A stretch of DNA of 63,889 nucleotides, filler included, from Octopus bimaculoides (taxonomy: Eukaryota): assembly GCF_001194135.2 (NCBI RefSeq). It is 8 parts of 7 records of this genome, joined end to end, with 100 filler letters (N's around TTAATTAATTAA, not from the genome) between each part and the next. Parts side by side here need not be neighbours in the genome. Positions count along the whole stretch, not along the records: positions 1 to 5,584 come from NC_069008.1; positions 5,685 to 16,323 come from NC_068994.1; 6 more parts are not named here. One strand, written 5' to 3'. Each line of letters starts with the position of its first letter. Position 1 is the first letter of the stretch. The translations under genes and the position numbers were made by a program. The notes under the pieces are model-generated. The model saw nothing but the letters and a program-made list of their open reading frames with translations, made no database searches and was not told where the DNA came from. Below are positions 1 to 13,019 of the stretch, in pieces.

Positions 1-42
<42 letters not shown>

Positions 43-539
43 TATTGACGTATATATGTGCATATACATATATATATGTATATATATATATATATTTGTG
101 TATATATAAATAATATATATATATACATACATGTATATATATTCACAGACATTCATATATATTCATATATGTATATAATTATGTATACATACATATATGG
201 AAGCGTTTAACTTAAAAACAATCAAGAAGCCAGCCACTGAAATTGGTGCGGCACAGCAGCTCTTCTCTCTCCTCCTCTCTCTCTTAAAATAAATGTAAAG
301 ACACAGCAAAGTCATGCTCTGGAACTTATATACACCCTGTATATATATTATATTTATTGGCAACAACACCCTAGAGACTACGCAATCATTTTTTCCACAC
401 GTCTTATGAAAATAAACACACGAAACGATTAAAGGAACGATGGGCATGTGTGTTTTGGCAAAATAGCATGAAGGATTTCAATAACGGGGTTAGGGGTGCC
501 GGGTACATCACTGGCTGAGGTGCAGAGGATGCGGGTGTG

Positions 540-790
540 TGCGGGTGTGTGTCGTGGTGGTGGTGGTGGTGGTAATGGTGATGCTTGTGGTGGTGGTGGT
601 CGTCGTCGTGACGATAACGATGATGATGACGATGATGACGATGGCGGTAATGGTTGTGATGATGATGATGATGACGATGATGATGATGATGACGATGATG
701 GTGGTGCTTGTTGTGATGGTAGTGGTGGTAGTGGTGGTGGTGAATATATATGCTTATGAATATATATACAAAATGCACACACACATGTAT

Positions 791-853
<63 letters not shown>

Positions 854-1108
854 TATATATATTCGTGTATATATATATATATATATATATACATATATCT
901 ATACATATATGCATATATATACATATATATATATATATATATGCATATTTATAGTATGTGAACAGGCACATATATATATATATACATTTATATATATGTG
1001 TGTGTGTATGTGCGTATGTGTGTATGCGTATGTGTATGCCATATATATGTATGCATTTGTAGGTACATATATATATACGTGTATATATATGACGCACACA
1101 CACACGCG

Positions 1109-1160
<52 letters not shown>

Positions 1161-1658
1161 CACACATCGACCTACACGGTATATATATCATCTATACGTA
1201 TACGTGCATAGCTACACCTATTTATATATATACGTGTATGTGTGTGTTTGTGTGTGTGTGTATGCATAGATGTACATACACGTACAGACACACATAATTG
1301 CATTACATCTGTGTGCGTGCGCGCGCGTATGCGTATGTGTGTGAAATTCAAGTCAGATTTTAGGTGTCAATAAGTTTATAAGCCGTCAAGAGCGAAACTC
1401 TGAAGTTGTGGACTAAGGCTTTTAACTTATTGACGACACGCAAGAACACACTGGGATTACATACATACACACACACACACACACATACATACATACATAC
1501 ATGCATATATACCATTATGTACTCGTACTTCGTATTTCTTTTTGTTGTACGTTTCATGACGTCCTGTGCCTACATATGCATATATATATATATATCTATA
1601 TATATATATACATATATATGCATACATATATATATATATATATATATACATATATATG

Positions 1659-1728
<70 letters not shown>

Positions 1729-1787
1729 TGCATATACATACATGCATATATACATATGCATATACATACATACATATATATATATGC

Positions 1788-1839
<52 letters not shown>

Positions 1840-1850
1840 GTACGTATAAG
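540..1850. repeat. (GGT/GAT)n and (TA/CA/TG)n microsatellite block
   Basis: Pure simple repeats that explain all ORFs listed in this interval. Confidence 0.95.
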
Positions 1851-3414
1851 CACAGGAATGACAGTGTGGTAAGTAGCTTGCTTCACAACCACATGGTTCC
1901 TGGTTCAGTCCCACTGCGTGCCCCCTTTGGGTAAGGGTCATCTACAATAGCCTCGGGCCAACCAAAGCCTTGTGAGTGGATTTGATAGACGGAAACTGAA
2001 AGAAGCCTGTCGTATATGTGTATATACGACCTGATCCCAATGCTGGATGTTCAAGAACGAAATGAAGGTCAGATTTTCAATCTTGGGGTCATCCCGATTC
2101 CAAAAAGGTATAATATGTCTATGTAGAGCAAATATAGACTAAAATATAGGGGTCTCGGACGGACGGACGGACAGACAGAATTTTGCGTTTATTATTAGAT
2201 AGATTATGCACAAGGCATGTCTACTAAATCCTAGATTAAGTACTTAAATGCATCAAATGACATTGTTTCCAGATACAAATCCGAAAAGTAATGGTGCACT
2301 CACGGTCGCTAGATCGTGATTTCGATTCCTTGATTGAGCAGTGCGTTCTGTTCTTGAGCAAAACACTTCATTTCACGTTACTCCAGTCCCCTTTTGATCA
2401 AGGGCGAGTGCTGACCTACCCAGCGGGGTGGCGTCACTTGATGGCTAAAACAATGCAAAGCGCGTGGTGACCAGCATCAAATCGGTCACGTGGTATGATA
2501 CATATAGTGGAGGCGCGTGACTTAGTGACTAAGACTCATAATCTTAAGATTGTGGTTTCGATTCTTAGACGAAGACGACGCGTTGTGTTTCTGAGCAAAA
2601 CACTTCATATCACGTTGTCCCAGTAAACTCAGCTGGCAAAACTGAATAATCCAGCGACGGACCGGTCATTTGACTGCGGCCATGCTGGAGCACCGTCTTC
2701 GAGAATTTTTAGTTGAACAGATCAACCCCAGTACTTATTTTTTTTTATGAACCTGTCTATATCTTTCTATCAATCTATCTGTCTATATCTTTCTATCAAT
2801 CTATCTGTGTATATCTTTCTATCAATCTATCTATCTATATTTTTCTATCAATCTATCTATTTTGAAGATATTGAGAACATGAAGGAAGCTGCGACAAGTG
2901 CCTATCGGTTTCTTTTGCCGAACCGCTTAGTTACGGAGATGCAAATACACCAACACCAGTTGACAAGTGGTGGTGGGGAACAATCACAGACCCAAAGACA
3001 CACGCACATAGATACACACACACACACATATTTATATAATGATGGGCTTCTTTCAGTTTCCGTCTATCAAATCCACTCACAAGGCTTTGGTGGCCACGAG
3101 GCTATAGTAGAAGACACGTGCCCAATGTGCCCCACATAGTGGAACTGAACCCGGAACCATGTGGTTGGGAAGCAGACTTCTTACCACACACACACACACA
3201 CACACGCATATACACGTATATATGATACGTTTCTTTCAGTTTCCTCTCGGCTACAGTAGAAGACAGTGGCCCATGGTGCCGCGCAGTGGGGCTGAACTCA
3301 AATCCACATGGCTGGTGAGCAAACATCTTAACCACACAGCTCTTCAATGATCGTCATCATCCATCATCGTTATTTGATGTCTGCTTTCCAAGCTGGCATG
3401 GGTTGGACGGTTTG

Positions 3415-3533
3415 TGTTGTGGCAAGAGTTGTTAACACCCCTGGGGGATTTGAAGAGTGGACTACCCTTTATAAGAGTTCGGCTAGTCCATTCTTCCAAT
3501 CCCCCAGGGGTGTCAGTGATTCTTGTCACAACA
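3415..3533. mobile_element. 119-bp fold-back MITE with TGT...ACA ends and 5-bp TSD (GTTTG), Ginger-like
   Basis: 50-bp imperfect arms (3415-3464 and 3484-3533) with a 19-nt loop. GTTTG is duplicated at 3410-3414 and 3534-3538, interrupting an RTE UTR copy. Confidence 0.75.
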
Positions 3534-4691
3534 GTTTGACAGAGGACTAACAAGCTGCAAGGGCTGTATCAAGCCCCAGTGTAAGTTTTGGTTTGGTTTC
3601 TCTGGTCGGATGTCCTTCCTAACACCAACCACATTACAGAATGCATTGGATGCTTTTTTTTGTTGTTTTGTTCTTATTAGTGGCACCAGCACTAGTGAGG
3701 TTGCCAGGTAATTTGCAAGACAGAAAAAGAAGAGAGAAAAAGGAAATGGAAAAGAAGTGAGGAATATTTGCGAGGTAAAAGTGGATGTGGGTGGCTGAGA
3801 GCCAGGTGTCGAAAGGCTAAAGTGCGATACAAGGATAAGCATAGGTGTGTTGCTGCAGAGGAGATACACACACATGGCTGAAAAAGAGAAAACGAAGGTA
3901 GTGATGGGTGTTGTGAAAAGCCTATCCCATCCCAACCTCATAAATTATTTCTAACAGAGACCCAAGTCCTGAAATTTGAGATGATTAGGGTGAGTACATA
4001 AATAGGACTTCATTTTACTGACTTCTTACCCACTTAAAAAAAAAATAAAAGATTGAAACAGCAAAGTTGACCTCAATGGGATTTGAACTCATATTGTAAA
4101 GACCCAAAACTAACACTACAAGGAATTTGAACAACAATAACAAAAACGGCTGTTAAGTTCTTGGACAATATATTTACTTGCTAAATACAAATACAGCGAA
4201 CGAATGTTTGTCGTGGTGTAGTAGTAGTAGTAGTAGTACCAGTAGTGGAGGTGGTTGTGGTGGTGGTGGTTGTGGTGGTGGTGCTAATAGTTGCTGGATT
4301 GACAGCTAGCTTGGTGGTGGTGGTGGTAGTGCTAACAGATGCTGGGGGCACTAGTTGGCTCAATAGTAGTAGTAGTAGTAAAAGTAGTAGTTGCACATAT
4401 TGGGCGAGGTGGGGTGGTGGTGAAGGTGGTGGCGAAGGTGGAGGTGGTGCGGGTGGTAGTGCAAAATCACAGTGACAGAAGTGGTCAGTGGTCTGTGGTG
4501 CANNNNNNNNNNNNNNNNNNNNNNNNNNNNNNNNNNNNNTATATATATATATAAATATATGTATACATATAATATATATATACATATAACATATATATAT
4601 GGGAGAATGTACGAAAAAACAACAACAGACGAGAACAAGTGGTGTAAATAACAAAAGGATGTATTAGTATGACGCTCAGGAATACGGAAAG

Positions 4692-4728
4692 TCTTTGACG
4701 TTTCGAGCTAAGCTCTTCAACAGAAAAA
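4692..4728 (-). ncRNA. Hammerhead-like motif with CUGUUGA core in a probable Penelope-derived repeat end (4590-4760)
   Basis: 5'-UUUUU CUGUUGA A GAGC uua GCUC GAAACGU C AAAGA-3'. Stem II, the palindromic ACGU stem III and the GUC triplet are intact, but A6 is U. Confidence 0.55.
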
Positions 4729-4759
4729 ATAAGGAGACAAGGAGAAAAACACGGAGAAA

Positions 4760-4794
<35 letters not shown>

Positions 4795-5416
4795 AGAGAG
4801 AGAGAGAGAGATGTTTAGAATCATAAATATTTGTAAATATAAATAATTTATACATGTACGTGTACATGTGTGTGCATGCGTATGTGTGTGTGTGTGTGTA
4901 TATATAGAGGGATGTATATATGTGCATGTGTATGTACATGCATGCATACATACATACATACATGCATACACACATCATACATACATACGTAGGTACNNNN
5001 NNNNNNNNNNNNNNNNNNNNNNNNNNNNNNNNNNNNNNNNNNNNNNNNNNNNNNNNNNNNNNNNNNNNNNNNNNNNNNNNNNNNNNNNNNNNNNNNNNNN
5101 NNNNNNNNNNNNNNNNNNNNNNNNNNNNNNNNNNNNNNNNNNNNNNNNNNNNNNNNNNNNNNNNNNNNNNNNNNNNNNNNNNNNNNNNNNNNNNNNNNNN
5201 NNNNNNNGCATACATACATACATACATGCATACACACATCATACATACATACGTAGGTACGTACATACATACATACATACATGTATCTGAAAGTCTATGA
5301 GAATTACTTAATAAAGTTTTTTTAAAACTAAATTGTTTTTTAAAAATATTATGAAATTTTTTTATTAGGATGTTACTAACCTTTCTTGCGAAACACTTTT
5401 TTCTAGTGTGTGAACG

Positions 5417-5472
<56 letters not shown>

Positions 5473-5889
5473 TGTATATGTATGTATACACATGCACACA
5501 CATACATATGTATGCATACCAATTTATATATATCCATACATGCATGTATGTATAAATTTGTATATATATATATATATATATATANNNNNNNNNNNNNNNN
5601 NNNNNNNNNNNNNNNNNNNNNNNNNNNNTTAATTAATTAANNNNNNNNNNNNNNNNNNNNNNNNNNNNNNNNNNNNNNNNNNNNACCAGCACCGGTTGTC
5701 ATGCAGTTTTTTTCGGAGGGAGACACATACGACAGGCTTCTTTCAGTTTCCGTCTACCAAATTCACTGACATGATTTTGGTCAGCCTGAGGCTACAGTAG
5801 AAGACACTTGCCCAAGGTTCGATGCAATGGAACTAAACCCTGAACTATGTGGTTGGGATGCAAGCTTTCTGTTTTTTTTTCTTTTTAAT

Positions 5890-6460
5890 GTCAATGGTCC
5901 ATCTGATTTGGCATGGTTTCTACGGCTGGATGCCCTTCCTAACGCCAGCCACTCCAAGAGTGTAATGGGTGCTTTTACGTGCCACTGGCACGGGTGCCAT
6001 TTGCGTGACACCAATATTTGCCACGACTGCGATTTGACTTGGCTTGATGGATCTTCTTCTCAAGCATGGCATAATACCAAAGGTCTTAGTCATTTGCCAT
6101 TGCCTCCATGAGACCCAACATTCGAAAGGTGCTTTTTACGTACCACCTTGCCTCCATGAAGCCTAACACTCGAAAGGTGCTTTTTATGTGCCACTGGTAT
6201 GGGTACCAGTTACGTGACACCAGCATTGGCCATGACTACGATTTCATTTGGCTTCATGGGTCTTCTCAAGCACAGCATATTGCCAAATGTCTTGGTCACC
6301 AGTCTTTGCCACCATGAGGCCCAAAGATTAAAGATCATGCTTCACCACTTCGTCCCATGCCTTCCTGGGTCTACCTCTATCACAGGTTTTCTCCACAGTT
6401 AGAGATCAGCACTTCTTTACACATGGCCATACCAGCGCAGTCTCTCTTGTACACCACATC
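5890..6460 (-). mobile_element. RTE LINE 3' end with internally repeated UTR
   Basis: Minus strand encodes decayed GRPRKAWDEVVKHD, contiguous with the same UTR seen at 12740-13015, 15700-15900, 20280-20640, 21640-21890, 22690-23200 and 28915-29018. Confidence 0.75.
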
Positions 6461-7863
6461 TAATACCCTATATATATATATATAAATAAACAAATTACTC
6501 ACTATTAAAATACATGGCGGATGCAACAAACATAACAGAAAGGCTTGCCTTGTATGTACTACCGAAGTAAGGAATGTGTATATTCTGGGATCAATTGATT
6601 TCACTTTCTGTGTGATAAATATACTCAAAGCTCTTCATGCAGACTTAACGCAAAACATCTTTTTCTGAAATATTCATCACATTATAACCGTGTGTGTGGT
6701 ATTTTTGTTTGTATTTTTACCTATAAAGGTATAAACTTGCTAGCCACTTTATTATCATTATTATCAATAATGGTAATGATATCTATTTAATTTATATATA
6801 TATATAATTTCAATCCTTGGACTATGACCATACTGAGACATTGCCTTGATGGATTTAGTCAAACAAATTGGTCTCAGAACACACTTTAAAGCCTGTATAG
6901 GTTCTGTTAGTCTCTTTTGCCAAAGCTATGTTATGGGGTCATAAATAAACCAAGACCGGTTGTCAAGCAGTTGTAGAAGACAAGACAAATACATAGATAT
7001 ATACATACATGTATATACAAATTTTTAGACACGCTCTGTTACATGTTTCAGTCATTTGACTGCGACCACGCAGGAACACCACCTTCATGTTACTCTGTTA
7101 ATAAATTCATAGTACAAGAAATGGATTCAGAGAATCATGTAGCTATGACAGAAAGCTCCTCTTACAGATTTGGCTAACAGTCCACCTAGTCACCCAATAC
7201 AGAGAAGTGTAATGTAGAGTGTGCATACAGCCGAGGAGGTATGGAAGATGAATATATATATTCTTTTCTATTCTAGGCACAAAGCCCGAAATTTTAGGGG
7301 AGGGGACCAGTCGATTAAATCGACTCCAGCACACAATTGGTACTTAATTTATCAACCCCGAAAGGATGAGAACGTAAAGACAGACGAAATACCGCTAAGC
7401 ATGTTGCCAGGCGTGCTAACGTTTCTGCCAGCTCGCCAACCATGTAACATACTTAGTTTTGCAACCTTCTTCGTGTAATATTAATTTCAGTGTGGAAGAA
7501 GTTCTGCTTACATGTTTGCATTAATATGCATGCTTGGCGTCATATAATACATTTATATATTCACAAATCGATGCAAATAAAGCTAGCTAGCTCACACACA
7601 AATACATGCACACACCTACACACTTTGTGTACTTTTATATTTGTTAGTATGTTTATGAGTTTATGTGCATGTGCTTCTATGTAGGTGTGTGTTAGGTTTT
7701 CGTTTTGCTACAATTCAATTGGCTAGAAAATCTTTTTGAGGAATGGTTGGAAAATGTGATTAAAATTTAAAGATCCATGTCTTTTGACCTTTTAAGTCTA
7801 TTTGAACCTTACTGTTGTTCAGTACTATTTCTTGATTTAACCTTTGTATCTCCAGCTATTTGT

Positions 7864-8245
7864 GGAGGCGCAATGGCCCAGTGGTTAGGGCAGCGGACTC
7901 GCGGTCATAGGATCGTGGTTTCGATTCCCAGACCGGGCGTTGTGAGTGTTTATTGAGCGAAAACACCTAAAAGCTCCACGAGGCTCCGGCAGGGGATGGT
8001 GGCGAACCCTGCTGTACTCTTTCACTACAACTTTCTCTCACTCTTACTTCCTGTTTCTGTTGTGCCTGTAATTCAAAGGGTCAGCCTTGTCACACTGTGT
8101 CACACTGAACATCCCCGAGAATTACGTTAAGGGTACACATGTCTGTGGAGTGCTCAGCCTCTTGCACATTAATTTCACGAGCAGGCTGTTCTGTTGATCG
8201 GATCAACTGGAACCCTCAACGTCGTAAGCGATGGAGTGCCAACAA
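7864..8245 (+). mobile_element. Full-length tRNA-derived SINE (family C) with 14-bp TSD
   Basis: A/B-box-like head (TGGCCCAGTGG; GTTTCGATTCC). CTCCAGCTATTTGT is duplicated at 7850-7863 and 8246-8259. Confidence 0.88.
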
Positions 8246-8788
8246 CTCCAGCTATTTGTTCCCCATTTATTTCATTTATATTATATTTTTGTCTATTTTT
8301 ATGTATTTTTGTTAAGCTATTAATTTTTATATTTACTCTATTTCACTTCCTCTTTATTCCTATGTGTTTTTTGTTTATGTTAACAATAGTCAATTGAATT
8401 TCTATCTAGCACCTTAAGTGATATGACGCAACATATCTCTATTTATACCTACCAAACCAAGTAAATTTTATCTAGTCTCCATCTTCTATACATTGTATGT
8501 ATAAAGAGAAAATATTGTGTGTATGTTAAGAGTTGAATCGGTGTAACCATGAGGTTCTGGTGATTTGATGAGCTAGCTTTCTGTATTTGCATTGACTTGT
8601 AAATATATGGTTGTGTTGTATAATGTGAAGCATGCATAGTAATGAAAACATGTAAACATAATTTCTTCTACACTGAAATCAATACATAAAGAAGACTGTG
8701 AAACTGCCATAATCCTAAGGATGTTACAAGGTGAAATAAAAATATATTTACCTCTCATACCTCCTGATTTTAATGGTTTTTATATACT

Positions 8789-8823
<35 letters not shown>

Positions 8824-9036
8824 GCACACATGCATGCATGCTTNNNNNNNNNNNNNNNNNNNNNNNNNNNNNNNNNNNNNNNNNNNNNNNNNNNNNNNNN
8901 NNNNNNNNNNNNNNNNNNNNNNNNNNNNNNNNNNNNNNNNNNNNNNNNNNNNNNNNNNNNNNNNNNNNNNNNNNNNNNNNNNNNNNNNNNNNNNNNNNNN
9001 NNNNNNNNNNNNNNNNNNTAATGGTTTTTATATACT

Positions 9037-9071
<35 letters not shown>

Positions 9072-11517
9072 GCACACATGCATGCATGCTTCTTTCAGTT
9101 TCCATCTTCCAAACCCACTCACATGTCATTAGTTGGCCCGGGGCTGTTGTTGAAGACATTTGCCCAAAGTGCACACTATGAACTGAACAGAAAAATTCAT
9201 CCGATATGGCCAAGTGTCTTCTACTATAGCCTCGGGCCGACCAAAGCCTTGTGAGTGGATTTGGTAGACAAAAACTGAAAGAAGCCCGTCGTATATATAT
9301 ATATATGTGTGTGTGCGTTTGTGTGTCTGTGTTTGTCCCCCCACCATCGCTTGACAACCAATGCTGGTGTGTTTACGTCCCCGTAACTTAGCGGTTCGGC
9401 AAAAAGAGACCGATAGAATAAGTACTAGGCTTACAAAGAATATGTCCTGGGGTCGATTTTCTCGACTAAAGGCGGTGCTCCAGCATGGCTGCAGTTAAAT
9501 GACTGAAACAAGTAGAGAATGGCATGTAAAGTTCTAACATTCTGTCCTTTCTATTTACTTTTTTTTTTGTGAACTGCAACCATGCTGTGACACTAGTTGT
9601 ACCTACTCCAGTACTTTGTCTGATACTTGCTATATCTCCACATAGAGAAAACAAGTACTTTGTCTTGGTACTTGCTTTATCTCCAGATAGAGAAAGCATA
9701 GAGTGTTGCTTATAAAATAGTGTTCTCTCTTTGGTTTTGGCTGTGCCTGTGAATGAAAATCTAACAAGGAACAAACATGCACTTTATTTCATGTCCCAAA
9801 GTTCACAGCACAATCTCATTGACAGCTTTTTTTTCTCCTCATACACTTGCAAAGGAGGTGCAATATTTTACTAAGTTTGGCAGAATGCCAACAGAGGTAA
9901 ATTGAAAAATTGGTGAAATAAATGGGATATTTAACCACAATAGAAGTTAAGCTTCAGTGTGTCTCTGATTTTTAATTGGTAAGACAGACACTTGCTTTGC
10001 TGTGTGTGTGTATATAGAGGTTTCAAATCTAAGGTAGTGATTGCATATACAATCATTGAAATCTTTCTGGCTGTCTATTTGTATATAAATACAGATAGAC
10101 ATATGTATATGTGGGTATGCATGTATATATATATGTGTGTGTATATGTGAAAATAGCGGGGTGGTGGTGGTGCAAAAGTAGGTATACAGTATCGCATCCA
10201 CCAATGTTATAATACTTAATTGATTAAAATTATTACCACATTAAATTAGCTTCATTTTTGGTATTTCAGCGTCATTAATCATATTACATTTATCATAACT
10301 ATAATAATACTTTTATTGTAACTTTTGATTTTTTTGATAAAAATGAGTGTTGTAAATGTTTTTTTTTCATAACTGTATATCTACTTTTGCACCACCCTGT
10401 GTGTATATATGTGTGTGTGTGTATATAGAAATATATATATACATATAGTCAATTCAAAAACACAGAGGAAAAGAAAAACCAAACAAATGTGTGGACGTAG
10501 CACAAGCCATGTAGTAATAAGCCACTTAGAGAAGGTAAAGAGTAGTAGTTTTAAGCTTTGAGCGTAGCTCTTCTTTGGAAATAGGAAAAACAGGGAAGTC
10601 CAAGACGGAGGGGAAAATGTCAAGAATCATGTGCGGTTTACATGATGGCTGCAAACTCATGTTTGTGTATTACCATCTCCTGATCGAAAGTGCCACACAG
10701 GTGAAGGCTTACGACCAGCCGTTTTTGTGATAGGTTTTTTTTTTTTTTAAGCGATACCTGTGCATGATGATTTTTTTATAGTGGGGAGAGGATTTTCACA
10801 AATTCAATCCCATTCTCTAAACATGGACGACATAAACTTGAAAAGAACTAGTCTACATCATTGAATATTGTCAGTGTCACAAGATTTCTCTTAGAGTTTC
10901 CCCTCTCCTAGAGAGATGTGACAACACTGGAGGGGCTTGCCACTCCAAGTGGGCCAACTGCACACTTGTGAATATGTGTGTGTGTGTGTGTGTGTGTGTG
11001 TATTATGTGTGTGTGTGTATATAAGTATACAGCGGCGAGCTGGCAGAAATGTTAGCATGCTGGGCGAAATGCTTAGCGGTATTTCGTCTGCCGTTACGTT
11101 CTGAGTTCAAATTCTGCCGAGGTTGAATTTGCCTTTCATCCTTTCCGGGTCGATAAATAAAGTACCAGTTATGCACTGGGGTCTATGTAATCGACTTAAT
11201 CCCTTTGTCTGTCCTTGTTTGTCCCCTCTATGTTTAGCCCCTTGTGGGCAATAAAGAAATATATATGTATATATGTGTGTGTATATATGTGTGTGTGTAT
11301 ATGTATGTATATATGTGTGTATATGTATGTATATATGTGTGTATATGTATGTATATATGTGTGTATATATATGTATATATGTGTGTATGTATGTATATAT
11401 GTGTGTGTATGTATGTGTGCATGTGTATGCATGTGCATGTGTGTATGTATATGTGTGTATATGTGTATATATGTGTGTGTATGTGTATATGCATATGTGT
11501 ATATATGTATATATGTA

Positions 11518-11548
<31 letters not shown>

Positions 11549-11830
11549 ATATATCCTCATTTGACAATCCTTTTTCTATGGTTGCATGTGCTGGATAGGT
11601 TTTATTTAGATAGATTTTCTATGTAGGTTCCCTTCCTCGTACCAACCCTGACTTGTTTCCAAGCAAGATAATGTTTCCTCGTTACCAGGCATTATACTGC
11701 AAATGAATGACACTCATTTACAACTATCATCTGATGTCAAGCAAGGCAAAGTGACACAGACACATATACTTCTGTGCATATGTATGTACGTATATATGTA
11801 TATACATGTGTATGTATTTGTGTGTGTGTG

Positions 11831-11892
<62 letters not shown>

Positions 11893-12159
11893 TGTATGTA
11901 TGGTTAGGATATTTAGCTCACAAATTGTAATGACACGAGTTCGATTCCTGGCAGTGTGTCGTGTGCTTGAGCAAGACACTTCATTAGTGCTCCAGTTCAC
12001 TCAGCTGGCAAAAAGTGAGTTGTATCTGTAATTCATCCTGTGTCACACTGAATTTCCCTGAGAACTACATTAAAGGGATGCATGTCTGTGGAGTGCTCAG
12101 CCGTTTGCATGTTAACTTCACAAGCTGGCTGTTCTGTTGATTGGATCAACTGAACACTC

Positions 12160-12360
12160 ATCATATAATTGCCAGTTAGCAGCATAGAGGAGCTCCCAGG
12201 GGCAACCCGTCTCGAATTCCTCTGTTGTTGCCTGGAGGACTATGATTAAAAGGGGACTGAGGGCTGATCTTTGGTGGACCCCTACTTCTTCCCGGAATTC
12301 TTCACTATATTCATTGCCAATCCTAACCTTATTAATGTTACTAACTTTACTAATCCTCAT
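12160..12360 (-). mobile_element. RTE-clade RT fragment
   Basis: KVRIGNEYSEEF...VGVHQ.S.LSPLL.IIVL.A.T.EF.TGCPWELLYA, typical of RTE RT domains 4-5. Confidence 0.85.
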
Positions 12361-12739
12361 TGAAAATTAGAAGAGGAGAAAAATAAGAAACTATTACATG
12401 TATTTTCAAAGTTATATGGTGTAAACATCTAAATTACTAGTATAGAACTGAAATGATATATCTAATAAAGCACATATCGTAGGATCACTAGCTATGTTGC
12501 ATATCTCTCCATAACTGCACTAACAGAAACACGATGGTATCTTAGCAAGATTATCGAAGTCTCCATTTACAGCAAAAACCATAACATCGAATGAGTGTAT
12601 TTTTCAGATAAATGCTGAGAAAGACAGTAAGAACAGACATGAAGCAATCATTTGCTAGATAAAGCATTATGTATGCATATATATAATTATGTAATGTATA
12701 TGGACATATATAGTGTGTATGCATATATATGTATATATA

Positions 12740-13015
12740 TTTCGAGTGAGATCGTTGCCAGTGCCCCTGGACTGGCTTGTGCGGGTGGCACATAAAAGAC
12801 ACCATTTCGAGCGTGGCCGTTTTCGTGCGGGTGACACGTAAAAGCACCCACTACACTCTCAGAGTGGTTGGCGTTAGGAAGGACATCCAGCTGTAGAAAC
12901 TCTGCCAAATTAGATTGGAGCCTGGTGTTGCCATCCGGTTTCACCAGTCCTCAGTCAAATCGTCCAACCCATGTTAGCATGGAAAGCGGACGTTAAACGA
13001 TGATGATGATGATGA
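12740..13015 (+). mobile_element. RTE LINE 3' UTR copy with (GAT)n tail
   Basis: Shared GCGTTAGGAAGGGCATCCAGCTGTAGAAAC...GGACGTTAAACGATGATG sequence, nearly identical to 20490-20640. Confidence 0.75.
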
Positions 13016-13019
13016 TGTA

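Noticed and set aside
404-1941. Long ORFs rich in YI/HT/CV or poly-H/D/V
   Set aside because: Translations of TA/CA/GAT/GGT microsatellites. The same applies to similar ORFs throughout the window and to all X-containing ORFs.
4945-5260. Direct duplications on either side of gaps (also 8770-8843 versus 9020-9090)
   Set aside because: Identical sequence flanks an N run, typical of unmerged contig overlap.
5585-5684. TTAATTAATTAA islands inside N runs (also near 16368, 40729, 49050, 55008, 60933 and 62808)
   Set aside because: An identical 12-mer centred in equal-sized N blocks each time. This is a scaffolding spacer with stops in all frames, not biology.
7864-7940. tRNA-like sequences at SINE heads
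   Set aside because: A/B boxes are present but there is no complete cloverleaf, and they continue into SINE bodies with TSDs, so they are not tRNA genes.
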